From: Geosiphon pyriformis uo1 | Lineage: Eukaryota; Fungi; Glomeromycota | Assembly: GCA_016748015.1 (NCBI GenBank) | Contig: JAAOMT010000070.1 | Coordinates: 124,001 to 188,000 of the forward strand | Direction of reading: 5' to 3' | DNA length: 64,000 bases | Shown here: positions 48,155-61,300 of the stretch, piece by piece | How positions within the stretch are numbered: position 1 is the first letter of the stretch | Layout: the number at the start of each line of letters is the position of its first letter | Program-made: the position numbers and the translations under genes | Notes under the pieces: generated by a model | Databases searched by the model: none | Seen by the model: the letters and a program-made list of their open reading frames with translations, nothing else | What the model was told of the DNA's origin: nothing

Positions 48155-51100
48155 TAATCCTACAGAGAACCAGCACCAACTACACCCATCTAAAAGTGGC
48201 AAAATCAGAAAAAATAGGAACAAACCATTTAGGATTCACGAAATCCTTATTTTAATACTACTGTCAACATTTGGAATTAAACCACAATCACATATCAGTG
48301 GAATCAGCCTTCAATTTCTATGTCAATAAAAAAATTGCCTATCTGTTAGGAACATCAGTAAATACCGAGTCAACAAGGGAAACTTTTTACAATGAATTAA
48401 TTTAAAACACTAGCCTACCAACAAATTCTAATTTTGCATCTATCATCACTAAAATTAATAAAGAAATTGAATATCACATCCAACAAAGATACCCAATTAC
48501 ATATGTCAGTAAAGGAAAAAAAAAACTGCAAATACCAGCAGTAACACTCCAAAAAATACAACCACCTACTTGGAAGAAAACCAGAGTCAAGTCACCAAAC
48601 AACCCATCATATCACTATACATCTGGAAGTACTATCAACATCTCATCAATAGGCGTGTTTACATCAAACATGACATCCACATTTGGATGACTTCCATTTT
48701 AAAGTAAACAAAAGAAAGCAGAATTACTAGGAACTTACAGCAATTATTTTGAAAGATTTAAATTGCAATCAACCATCCCATCAGGATACTGATCACTGCC
48801 ACCTTTACCAGATTTTGAAACAGCTAACCCATGGGAAGTAACGGAATTAGAAGAGGAGAAAGAAAAAGAAGCCAAAGATCAGGAATTTACTTACTAGAAC
48901 CCAATTTCAGAAAACTTGGACATTGAAACCCCAAACTTTCAGACTCAACAAGATCCAAATTTAAAAAATCTGGAAGTCAAAACTCCAAATTTTCAAACCC
49001 TGCAAAATCAGAACAATTGAAACTCTGACAATAATAATCAACAACACTTACCTCCAGTAATCATCATCAACTCACTACCAGTTGCTTTACAACAACAACC
49101 ACTGCCACAATCTCAAATTCAATTATCACTTCAACCACCACAGCAAATAAACATGGATCCAATGACCTACACTCCAATAGCAAAACTTGAAAAATTCACA
49201 GAAGAAGAAGATAATACACAAATATGGCTCAATAATATTGAAAAAACCATTATTACCAATGGATGGAATAATGCCAGAGCACTCCAAGCCATTCTCTATT
49301 TCTTACAAGATACCACTAACTCGTGGTATTAAAGTTTAGCCACCAAACTTCAAATATTCTAGGAATTTAAAGTTGCATTCTTGGGATATTTTAGTAATAA
49401 TAACAATATTAATTGTCTAGCCAACACCTTTACCACAATTAAACAAGGAGAAACTGAAGCAGTTACCACTTACTTGGAACATTTCTATAGAAATTTGCAC
49501 CAAATTCAAGCAATTCAAGCTAACTATTTTACAGTGCCACAGATTCTAAACCAGTTCATCTGTGGGCTGTGCAGTAGCATCTTCCAATGCATATGCCTAA
49601 TGCATTCACAAACTCTTCAAAATGCAGTCACCAATGCATGAGATTTTGAATTCGCCAAACTCAAAGCTAACCATGCTCAAGCTGTCAATCTAGTGATGAA
49701 CAGATCATCTGAATTAAATTCTAAGCTGAAACAATTTAGTGATTCTATTGACAAAAAATTAGAGAGATACTTAGCTAACAATCAGGCAGTTTATCAACCT
49801 CCACAGTAACACAATAATCAAGAAAACGTGAATTTTTCCCAGAATTAGTCACATCTATTATCCTTTACCAATTAACAGTGGTAACTGGAGATGTGTGTTT
49901 GCCACTACTGTGGTAAACAAGAACATTTAAGAATTGATTACAGGTTAAAGATAGAAAACCAACAATCAGGAAATCAATATTGAAACCCTAATCACCAGTT
50001 TCAAACTCCAAAATATCAACCCAATCCAGAAATATATCAATCAAATTACCTACCAGTGATGCAGCAGCAAATTTATCAACCACCAATTTATCAGTCAACA
50101 ACACCTGTTATTTATCAACTGCAGTTCCAACTCATTTATCAGCTACAGTCTCAAGTAATTTATTAGTCCTAACAAATTTAATTACCACCACAGACCTTAC
50201 TTCAAAATAGAACCCAAAGGCCAAAACTGACACAACAAAGCTGAAAATTATCAATGGTAGTCTATCAACTGATTTTCAGTTTCTTCATACAATTATCAAG
50301 ATCTTGACAATGGAATTTGGACACTAAGTACACCCAAAACCCGAATTTCCAGAACTATTTAAGTCTCCTGGTCACTCCAGAAGATGCCATATCCAACAAA
50401 TCAGAAGCCAACCAAAAACCACTTACCAACAATATCCCGCCAGCAATCATTACAGAAGACAAATCACTTATTACTATTTTCTTTTTTGAATTTGAAAAAC
50501 CAGTTGAAATGCTACTATTCAGTGGAGCTGCTCTAGAATCAAAACTCATCACTGTGATATATACAGATGCTTAAGTTGATAGGCAGCACATAAAACTGAT
50601 CCTAAACAGTGGATCAGCTAGTAGTATCATCACAAAACAACTTATGGACTAATTAGGTTGTCAAGTTGATCATGCTGTAAGTGCCAGAATCATAATAGCT
50701 GATGGAGCAACCAAAACTCCAATCAGTGTTACCAGATGAAATTAGAGATATTATTTAGCATGAAATTATCTTTATAATTTCTATTATTAATTAGCATATA
50801 TTATCATTTCAAATTATCACTTATTACATTAGCAAAATGTCCAAAACTATCATTTAATTAATAACCCAATTTGTACATAACACAAATGTAATCTAATTGC
50901 AATGATCAATCATGTAATACCCCGAAATATGTAACATTCAAAAGTTTGCCAAAATTTGTAGAAATTTGCCAAAATAATTGATAGTTTGCCGAAATGTATC
51001 TTTAGTTCAACGAAATTGTAGAAAAGAGCAAAGTTCAAGTTCATGGAATAATGTTACAATAAGTTGTATAAAAGAAGAGCTTCTCTCTTTGAGAAAATAT

Positions 51101-54100
51101 ATCTTACTTTAGATTTATCTCTTAAAACCATTCCTATATACACAAAAAAAAATAAATATCAAATAAATTCAAAAAACCAAATTCTTTAATTATTGTACTT
51201 GAAAAATCCCCAAAACCCAACTAACATTTCGAAATTGATTAGCTACCAATTTTAGTAAACTGTTAGTGACTCCAGACCTGAATAGAAAACGTTTCCCTTG
51301 ATAAAATCCTATTTCTTTTATTTTTCTTTTATTTTTCTTTTCTGTCTTATTACAATCATTAGGGTAGCCTACAGACAAGATTCCTGTAGAAGAGTTGACT
51401 TTTATAGCAAAGTAACTATACATTTTTAGTGAGCTTCCAGATGAGCAATTCCTGGGAAAGAGTTGACGTTTGCTACAATGTAACTACACGAAGCAACTGG
51501 TATGGAATTGGCCATTCTACTTATAAGCCCAGCAGTTCAAATTATAGAAGATAATTTGAAGATAAAATTCAGTTATCAGAGGTTCAAACACTTTCCATAG
51601 TCATGAATTAACAGCACTACAACAAACATACAAGAGCTAAGAAGAGATCAAAAACCTCTGGTAACATCGGCAAGATAGATGACTTACCTATTGAAATCAA
51701 TAGCATTATTGTACTTATCAAAGTTCTTGTAATGAAAGCAACCCAGTACCAAGCACTTGTTGGTAATGACTGGCTGTACAAAACTAACGTGACACTCGAC
51801 TGGACCATGCAGGAATTACAACTTAGCCAGAACAGTCAACACACATGTGTACCAGCCATGTGTGACCATTTCAAGACTACCACCCCACCAGCACCACTGA
51901 TTGAATTCGAGGAAAAAAAAGAGAAACCTACTTGAGAAGCCTATCAAGTATCTTGGGTTGATGAAGATCACAACAAGCTACCACTGATATTTTCTTGGGA
52001 TGATAAGGGAAAAAGAAAGCAAAAGAAAAAACCTACCTGGAATGCTGACCAAGTCTGGAAAACCGACAATGATCAGAATAAACTAACAACAACTTGGGAG
52101 TGGAAAGAAGATAACAATAAGGAAAAAAAAAAGAGAAGAAAAATCCAACACCAATCATCACTTATAGTTCATATGCTTATTTTTCACTATAGCCATCTAA
52201 CTATTACTGACCAAAATTGGTGTGTATTGATTGCAGCAAGAAATTGTTGTCAATGGGCACATGCTGTGACGACAATAAGGAATACTAGACGGCAATTAAG
52301 TTTTATTGCTGCCCATGCCTTGTTGAATGCTTTGGAAGACCAAAACAAGTGAGAAAATAGGATAATAAGCCATGCTTGACTTGTGGAAAAACTCTTTTTA
52401 ACAAAGAAATATGGAACAACATTTCTGGGAGAGAAAGAACATGTGATGAATCATGTTAGTATATGATTCTCATAAATGACTGGGTAAGAAAAAAAATGCT
52501 CATAGATGCTGCCTGGAAACAAGCAGTTAAACACTTAAATAGTTGTCCACACAATGATGATAAAATTTGGCAAATGGCTCTTGCCAAAATTGAAGAAGCA
52601 TTACCAGAAGAAATAAGGATGATCAAAAATAACCTACCAGAATTAATAGAACTCAACTGGGACCCAGAACCAGTCATAAATCTCTTGGACCCAAAACAAT
52701 TCTATGAACACTACTAAGAACTAGCACCTACAAGAGAAGAACAGAAGCAATGCTTAGAAGAAATTAACACTTAACTATGTAATTACTGTTTGATTTCATG
52801 TGACTTTTAATATTGTAATGAGTGTGATCTCATTTACAATCCACCATCATACATAATCTACACAATCCTGAAAGAAGAAGAACTAATCAGCAGCTGTGCA
52901 TTAGAAATGGAATCAATTTTTAATCACAATTTAAACTCCAACAATGACGATGATAAAAACAATAGTTCCAGCTCCATCCAATACAGCAATGAAAATAACA
53001 ATGATTCAAACTCCGATACAAACCCTGAAACATACATCACACTTCCTGATCTCACCAAGGAGCAAGAGCTGAAATGGTTTAGCGATAATAATGAAAGTAT
53101 TATACCAGAATGTGTGCATGATACTGATGCTGGGTTTGATCTAAAATATTCAGAAAAAGATGCCATTAAATTGAAACCACATTCACACACATGCATTGAT
53201 CTCAAAGTAGTACTGGAAATTTCAGCAACAACAATGGTTCAACTAACATCTAGAAGTATTTTAGCAAAAAAAGGAATCAACATCAGAGAAAAAATAATTG
53301 ACACAGGATATGTAGAAAATATTATTGCAATGTTACAAAATGATTCAGAAAAGACCTATATCATAGAACCAAATGAAAAAATAGCACAGGCAATATTTTT
53401 GCCTCTGGTAAAAGTAACTTAATTAGTATTAGTAGGAAACAGAGAAGAATTAGGGATTACAGCTAAAAAGATACAAGGATTTAAGTTCACAGGTAGGATA
53501 GATGTACCAGTCAATATGACAGAAGAAGAGGTTATTGACAAGGGAGAAATTATCTTCACCTGTCAACCAATTTTCATTCCACTATATTACCAGTACATAG
53601 TAACTATAAAGAAAAAAGTGAAGGATCAGGTTCAAATGTTTAAGGCAGAAACACAACTTTGTGAATCAGAAGAGATTAGATTAATTAATCTACACATACC
53701 AGTCAAGAATCATGGTCACATTAAAATCCCCATTTACAACAATATGAGAAACATTATGGAGATACCAGAAGAAACCACTATTAGATATTTAACCACTGAA
53801 ATTGAAAAACAACCACCAAATCTCATTCCAGACTTTTCACAATTGTGTGGATATGTGGATATCATATCACAAACAATCTATGAATGAGAAGAATGTTATT
53901 TGCTCCAACCAGAACAATTAGAACAGATGAACTTAAGAAACTTAGACCCACTTCAACAAATGTAACTTAAGATATTACTTAATAACTTTAACAACATCTT
54001 TGTAAGTGAAAATAAATTTGGCAGAACTGACATAATCTAGCATTAAATCAAGACTGGAGATGCAATTCCAATTAAACAAAGAGCATACAAAGTACCACCA

Positions 54101-54795
54101 GCCAGCCATGAGATTATTCATCAAGAAATCAATCAGATGCTTGACAACAGGCTAATTCAGCCATCAATGAGCCCATGATCATTACCAGTAGTACTAGTTT
54201 ATAAGAAGAATAGAAAAATTTGCTTTTGTGTAGATTACTAGAAACTGAATAAAGTAACCAAAGGAGATAGTTACCTGACTCCAAAGATTCAAGAGCTGTT
54301 TGATGTTTTTGGAAAAAAAAATGGTTCTCAACACTAGACTTAGACAATGGCTACTAACAAGTAGCCATAAAACTGGAAGATAAAGAAAAAACGGCTTTTA
54401 CAACATGAAAAAAAAATTTTGAATTTGAAGTTATGCTATTTGGCTTGATAAATGCTTCAGCCACTTTCCAGTAACTTATGGAAATTGTTTACACTGGACT
54501 ACTATAGAAATCAGTAGTTGTATACTTAAATAACACCAATATGTTCTCAAAAACATTTGATAATCATCTGCATCATTTCCAACAAGTATTTGAAAGATTC
54601 AGACAAGCAGAATTAAAACTGAATGCCAACAAATGCTTCTTTGGAAAAACAGAACTCAAGTTTTTGGAACATGTAGTAAGCAAAGACAGTATCAAAACAG
54701 ATCCAGATAAGATCGCAATAATAAAGAACTTTCCAGTACCAACTAATTTGACAGAACTAAGAGCATTTTTGGGATTTGCAGGCTATTATTGCCAT
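48155..54795 (+). pseudogene. Element C gag-pol (gag, PR split by a solo LTR, Cys-rich domain, dUTPase, dUTPase-like domain, RT)
   Basis: ORF fragments 49381, 50317, 51732, 52463, 52907, 53516 and 54541 match the corresponding parts of A. Confidence 0.88.
50727..51666 (+). mobile_element. Solo LTR of the D family inserted in the protease gene of C
   Basis: TGTTAC...GTAACA, 940 bp, flanks TCAG/TCGG; removal restores DGATKTPIG-KIDDLPIEIN; inverted homologue of 54796-55777. Confidence 0.93.
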
Positions 54796-55777
54796 TGTTA
54801 CCAGAGGTTTTTGGTCTCTTTTTTGTAATGTTGTTAATGCCTGTTTGCTGTGAATTTACGTTTTCTGGATGTGGTTGAACCTCCAGTAACTGAATTTATC
54901 TTCAAATTATCTCCTATAATTTAAACTGCTGGACTTATAAGTAGAATGGCCAATTCCATGCCAGTTGCTTTGTGTAGTTATGTTGTAGTAACATCAACTC
55001 TTTCCCAGGAATTGCTCATCTGAAAGCTCACTAAAATGTGTAGTTACTTTGCTGTGAAAATCAACTCTTCTACAGGAATCTTGTCTGTAGGCTACCCTAA
55101 TGATTATGATAAGAAAATAAAAGAAAGAAAAATAAAAGAAATGTAAAAGAAATAGAATTCTGTCAAGGGAAACGTTTTCTATCCAGGCCTGGAGTCACTA
55201 ACAGTTTACTGAAATTGGTAGCTAATCAATTTCGAAATGTTAGTTGGGTTTTGGAGATTTTCTAAGTGCAATAATTAAAGAATTTGGTTTTTCAAATTAT
55301 TTGATATTTATTTCTTTTTGTGTGTATATAAAATGGTTCTAAGTGATAAATCTAAAGTAAGATATTTTCTTGAAGAGAGAAGCTCTTCTTTTATACAACT
55401 TGTTGTAACACTATTCTATGAACTTGAACTTTGCTATTTTCTATAATTTTGTTGAACTAAAGATACATTTCGGTGAACTACAAGTTATTTCTGTGAACTA
55501 TTAGATATTTTGGTGAACTATCAATTATTTCGGCGAATTTCTTACAATTTTTGGTGAAATTTTTGAATGTTACATAGTTCGGGGTATTGCATGATTGATC
55601 ATTGCAATTAGGTTACATTTGTGTTATGTACAAATTGGGTTATTAGTTAAATAATAATTTTGGATATTTTGCTAATATAATAAGTAATAATTTAAAACAA
55701 TAATATATGCTAATTAATGATAAGATTTATAAGAGTAATTTCATGCTAAACAATATCTCTAATTTTGTTTGGTAACA
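54796..55777 (-). repeat. Element D 3' LTR
   Basis: TGTTAC...GTAACA, 982 bp, adjacent to PPT AAGGAAAAGG; homologous to the solo LTR. Confidence 0.93.
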
Positions 55778-55788
55778 TAACCTTTTCC

Positions 55789-56464
55789 TTAAGACTGAGC
55801 TCCATCAAAGTTCAAGTACTGTCTGTAATTTCCAGATAATAATCCAAAATTATTGAAAAAATTTGGTCTGAAAATTGTTGAAATTTTAGTTCTGTAAGCT
55901 TCCCAATGTATTGAATCTTCAAAGGCTGTAAAATTGGGTTTTGTAGGACGTTTTCACAGGTGTAGAATAGGTTATAAAGTCTAAGAGCAGCTCTTAGTTT
56001 ATAACGGCTGTTGTAAATCCAGCTGTTGTCTTGAATTCGTTGTGGAATTGTTTCTGAATAGCTTTTTTTGTGAGGTTTGCTGCTGCAAGCTTCCATTTTC
56101 ATTCATGAAGTGTTTTCCCAATGTAAAAATATCTATATATTGGAGTATAGTCGTAGTTTTTTTTATTAAGACACAGTTGAAGTTTTTGTTGAATAGTAGC
56201 ATTTGGTGGAATACTAATAGGAGTGAGCATTAAATTTTCTCTTAAAGCAAGCTTTAAAAGTTCTGGCAGGTAAATTCCAGAATAACTTCTTGTGTTCTTC
56301 TTATATGGGTGATATTTTTGTGCATTTGGGGCTAAATTTGTAATTAATTCTGTTTGGGTATAATTAATGTGGTTTCCAGTAACAGTAATGAATAATTCAG
56401 GTATTGTTTTTAAAGCTAACATTAGTTTTTGGAATAATTGTTGAATGTTTTGAGGAATAGTCAT
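55789..56464 (-). pseudogene. Element D extra 3' ORF of unknown function
   Basis: MTIPQNIQQLFQKL...YRYFYIGK...LRAALRLYNLFYTCENVLQN...IGKLTELKFQQF...FDGAQS*. Confidence 0.7.
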
Positions 56465-56619
56465 TATAAGAGATTTGAAAATAAAAGAAAATTATTTTTG
56501 GTGTATGGGTTTTTATATTATTTTTGTTTTGTTTTTTTTTTTTTGTGAGATTGTTTCTAAATTATAAAGAAATAACTATAATAATAAATTTAAATTAAGT
56601 ATTCAAATTGGGAGGTTGT

Positions 56620-58340
56620 TTAATGACAACTATTGGTTCTAAATTTCAGGAAATATTTTCGAAATTGATTAAAAGGGAATGTGTACCAATTTGTGGAATT
56701 AATGATTCAGGATTGTTTCTGGAATTATAGTGTTTCAAACAATCTCCATGTGCAATTTTTGCTAGGATTTTGTTATCAAGCCTTAGCTTGTATGATCCAT
56801 TGCTTAGGATTTCATGGATAAAGAATGGTCCATCCCATTTATTTTCAAATTTTCCACTCCATTGTTTTTCAGTTTTAGTTCTATGTAAGAGAACTTTGTT
56901 TCCGATTTTAAATCCATTGATAATTGGAGGCAATTTGTCATCATGCCATTTTTTTTGTTGAGCTTGGGAGTGTTTAATATGGGTGGCTGCTATTTGTTGT
57001 TTTCCTTCCAATGTACTAAGCAGAGTGTAGGCTCTTCATTGTAGTGTTTCCTAAAAATTGTTTTTATTGATTGGTTGTGCTGAATATGTTTTCACTATGA
57101 AACTAATTGGTAATATTGCTGTCCTTCCATAAGTTAAATCAAATGGTGTGTGTTTTGTGGTATCTTGTTTTAGTGTTCTATATACTAGTAACACTGATAG
57201 AATAAAGAGATCCCATTCTTGCTCAAAATTGGTTGAGACTTTGGCTAATGATTCACACAATGTTTTGTTAAAACATTCTACAAGTCTATTTGTTTGCGGA
57301 TGGTAGGGCAAAGATAATGGTCTTTTAATATTAAATCATCCATAAATTTTCTGGATTAAATTGTTCATGAAATGTGTTCCTTGATCAAATAAAAGTTCTA
57401 TTGGGCATTCATGACTACAAATAATGTTTTCATAGATAAAGTTTGCTACTGATTTCGCATCTGCTCATTAAATGGCTCTGGCTTCAGGCCATTTGGTGAG
57501 ATAGTCTACAGCTACTGTAATATAACAGTTTCCTTGGTTTGTGATAGGGAGTGGTCCGACTAAATTGATACCAACTTGGTCAAAAGGCTGTCCAACTTTG
57601 ATTGGGTTTAAAGGTTTTGTAGGGCGAGTTCCTCCTCTTCTTTGACAACTATCACAAGACTTAACATATTCATGAATGTCTTTTCTCATTTGAGGCCAAA
57701 AATAATATTCTAGTGTTTTCTGGGTGGTGCTGTCTTTTCCTAGGTGTGCTGATGAAAGGTCTGAGTGCATGTTATATAAAATGGTTTTTTTTTATGTTCT
57801 TGTATTAATCTGAGTGGACTGTCTGGATTTCTGAAGTTTCGATAATAAATAATATTGTTGTGTAAGAAGTATTATTTGGCTTGTTGTTGTAATTGATGTT
57901 TTTTATCTGGAGACCAATCTGTTGGAATTGTTAATGTCTTCAAATATTGTTTAAGATTGTTGTAGTTTTCAGAGTTCATTGTTTGTTGTTTTGTTGTTAA
58001 TTCAAATGGGTGTTGGTTTTGTNNNNNNNNNNNNNNNNNNNNTTTCTCATTTGAGGCAAAAAATAATATTCTAGTGTTCTCTGGGTGGTGTTGTCTTTTC
58101 CTAGGTGTGCTGATGAAAGGTCTGAGTGCATGTTATATAAAATGGTTTTTTTTTATGTTCTTGTATTAATCTGAGTGGACTGTCTGGATTTCTGAAGTTT
58201 CGATAATAAATAATATTGTTGTGTAAGAAGTATTATTTGGCTTGTTGTTGTAATTGATGTTTTTTATCTGGAGACCAATCTGTTGGAATTGTTAATGTCT
58301 TCAAATATTGTTTAAGATTGTTGTAGTTTTCAGAGTTCAT
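56620..58340 (-). pseudogene. Element D integrase, separate ORF starting MNSENYNNLKQYL (includes a gap-associated duplication)
   Basis: ATG at 58340-58338; HSDLSSAHLG...CDSCQRRG, VAVDYLTKWPEA, YHPQTNRLVE, KWDGPFFI. Confidence 0.88.
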
Positions 58341-58383
58341 TGTTTGTTGTTTTGTTGTTAATTCAAATGGGTGTTGGTTTTGT
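58043..58383 (+). repeat. Near-identical ~340-bp duplicate of 57682-58022 across a 20-N gap (probable assembly overlap)
   Basis: Copies abut N run 58023-58042; the few mismatches cluster near the contig end. Confidence 0.85.
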
Positions 58384-58386
58384 ATT

Positions 58387-61300
58387 CTAATCTTGCCTCA
58401 TTCTTGAGAGACAATCAATGTTGGTGTGGAGTTTTCCTGGTTTGTGGTGTATAATGTATTGGTAATTGGCTAAAAATCTTGTTCATCGGGTTTGTTTTGT
58501 GTTTAGCTGAGTGTTTTTGTTCTGAAGTTATTTGAGTCTAATATTATCAGTAATAATATCGAATTCTTTAGGTCTGAGATAAAGATTGAAGTGGTATAGG
58601 GCCCAAATTATGGCTGCTGTTTCTAGTTCTGTGGCAGAGTAGTTTTTCTCAGCTGGTTTTAATGTTCTGCTAGCATAAGCGATTACTTGCTCATTTCTGT
58701 TGTCATCTAATTATGATAAGATGGCACCAAAAACAGTATAAAAAGTGTCTGTAGCTAGTCGAAATCGGTTACTGAAGTCTGAATAGGTTAGAATTGAAGC
58801 TGTTGTCAGCTTTTCTTTGAGAATTTCAAAAGCTTTTTGGTGTTCTTCCATCCATTTGTATTCGACATTTTTAGTAGTGAGCTGGTTGAGGGGTTTTGCG
58901 ATTTCTGAGAATCCTTTGATGAATTTTTGGTAATAAAAAGTTAATCCAATAAATCCTCTCAATTCTGTAATATTTTGTGGAGTCTTGAAGTTCTTAACAG
59001 TGCTGATTTTTCCAGAGTCTGGTTTAATTTCATCTTTGCTCACAATGTGGCTAAGAAAGACCAAACTCATTTTTCCAAAGTAGCATTTTTTGATGTTCAG
59101 TTTCAATTCTGCTTTTCATAATCATTGAAAAACTTCTCACAAATGTTTTAAGTATAATTCAAAAGATGGTGAATAAACATCAGTATCATCGAAATAAACA
59201 ACTACTAATTTCCAAAGAAGGCCTTTGTAAACAACATCCATAAGTCTTTGGAATGTTGCTGGTGCATTGCATAATCCGAAAGGCATTACATTGAACTCAT
59301 AATTTCCTCCTTGCATGGTAAATGCTGTTTTGGGATGGTCTTTGGAATCCATGGCAACTTGTCAATATTCGCTCTCTAAATCTAATGTCAAAAAGTATTC
59401 AGACTTTCTAAGGGCATCCAACATGTTATCAATTTAGAGAAGAGGATAGGCATCTTCAATAATAACGCTGTTGAGTTGTCAATAATCAACACAAAATCAT
59501 ATCTTTCCATTTTTTTTTTTAACTAGGACCACAAGTGAGGCCCATGGACTCATCAATGGTTGAATAAAGCCATTGTTAAGCATCTGTTGCACTTCTTTTC
59601 GGATAAATTGGTGACTTTTTGGGGCAATTCAATAGGCTTGTTGTCGTCTTAGTTTGGTATCTCCTGTATAGATTTGGTGTTGAACCAAATCGGTTCTTCC
59701 TAAGTCATTGTTGTTTTTGGCAAAGATATTGGCAAATTCTACAATTAGCTCTTTAAGCTGGCTCTGTTGTTGTGGTTCAAGTTGTCTCATGTTGATTCGA
59801 GATAGTTTTTCCATGACAACATGGTAGTTTTCAGAACTGGGATTTGGGTTGATTTTTAGTAGTGAATGTTCAATGATTTCTGAGAAATTAGGAACTGTCT
59901 AGGGTAATTCTTGTTGAAAGATGTTACTGTGAATGACTCCAATTTCTAAGTTATTTAATAAAACTATGGGATAATTGTTGTGATTGTAAAAAGTAACTTG
60001 GACTTTCTTTGTTCCTTCTGAAATATAAATGTTTGGGATTGAGATATTATGTTCCAAGTAGACTTGTTCATTGGATTCAAAAATTTGTTGTGTGGTTGTT
60101 GACTTTGGGCAGGTGTAGATTTCCGGATGTTCTCTAAAAGGTAAAATAATAATTGGTTGTGGGAGTTGTAAAATCTGGTGAGATTCATTCTGTTCATTAA
60201 AAGCTATGTTTACTGGAACTGTAAATCATCCAGTTAAACCAAAACCTTTGGTTCTTCTTTTACTATTTCCCAATTGTTCTTTTTGACTGACTAATTGTAA
60301 ACCCGAAATGTTGATTAAGGGTAAATAAATAGCTTGAGTGATTTTTTTGGCATGTTCAATTTGAAAAGGTTTATTGGTTTCATTTTGTAACATGATTGTA
60401 ATGTCTTCTGTATATCCTACATCTATGATTCCTCCTCTAACATTAATTTCTTTGCTCACCAATGATGATCGTGAAGCAATTTGGACCATTACTCCTGGTG
60501 AGATTTTGAGGGCAATTTTGAGGTTGATTTTTGTGAGCGATTTAGGTTTGAGAGTAAGGGTATCTTTTCCTGGATATCTTAAATCATATCCAGCATCAAT
60601 TTCGTGGATTTTTTTAGACTTTATTCCTTGTCTATTGTTGTTGAAGTATTTGAATTGTAAAGCAGGCTGATTTTTGATGAGATAGATGGGTGTGGCTTCT
60701 ATTTCTTCTGTTGCTTCAGGTTCTCTGAATTCAATTTCATATTCATCACTTTCACTGGACAAGAGAATGCTAAGAGCATAGCATTCAAGACACCATTGTT
60801 TATTGCAAGACATTATGCATTTCTCACATAATTTAATGTTCATTTGCTCTAGCCATTGAGCTTGAGCTTCTTTGGTCAGGTAGGTGTGACTGGCAATTTG
60901 GTGATATACTTCTACTTTATCTTCATAGTTGTATCCAGCAATTTCAAAGATGTATGCAATGTATTCTGATTCTTTTATTTGACGAACATTTTCTTGAGTG
61001 GCTCCGTTGATTAAAGCCATTGCTAAATTGAAAATCATTTTGGCATCATGAAAGTAATAGTACAGTTTGTTGAGGGTGCTATTGTAAGCAGCATTAAAAG
61101 GTGTTCCTCTTTTGACTTTTTCTGAAATTGATAAAGCATATTGGCAGGTTTGATTGCAGACTCCTCTTCTCATTGCTACATCAATCCAATTGCATTCTTC
61201 TGGTAACATATCTCCACAAGTCAAACAAGGAGTGTTGTCCCATTTTCCACTTCTTTTTATTAGGTGGCCCCATCATTCTCTGTGGCAAGCCTTGCAGTAA

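Larger units (their letters stand above)
47354..54795 (+). mobile_element. Element C: degenerate Ty3/gypsy element related to A (5' LTR to end of RT visible; remainder displaced beyond element D)
   Basis: LTR homologous to A's LTR, PBS at 48136-48151, gag, protease, Cys-rich domain, dUTPase (VHDTDAGFDL) and RT; breaks at FLGFAGYYCH where D begins. Confidence 0.92.

Noticed and set aside
50727-55777. DNA transposon with ~1-kb terminal inverted repeats
   Set aside because: Each repeat is a TG...CA LTR with its own evidence (target duplication for the solo LTR, PPT for D); the enclosed DNA is simply C's pol.
56620-56900. Chromodomain at the integrase C-terminus
   Set aside because: Only a GPY/F-type region and an EPI(I/V)(I/V)I tail are visible in A, B and D; no chromodomain aromatic pattern.
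57682-58383. Internal tandem duplication in D's integrase
   Set aside because: The copies flank a 20-N gap with mismatches near the contig end; probable scaffolding overlap.
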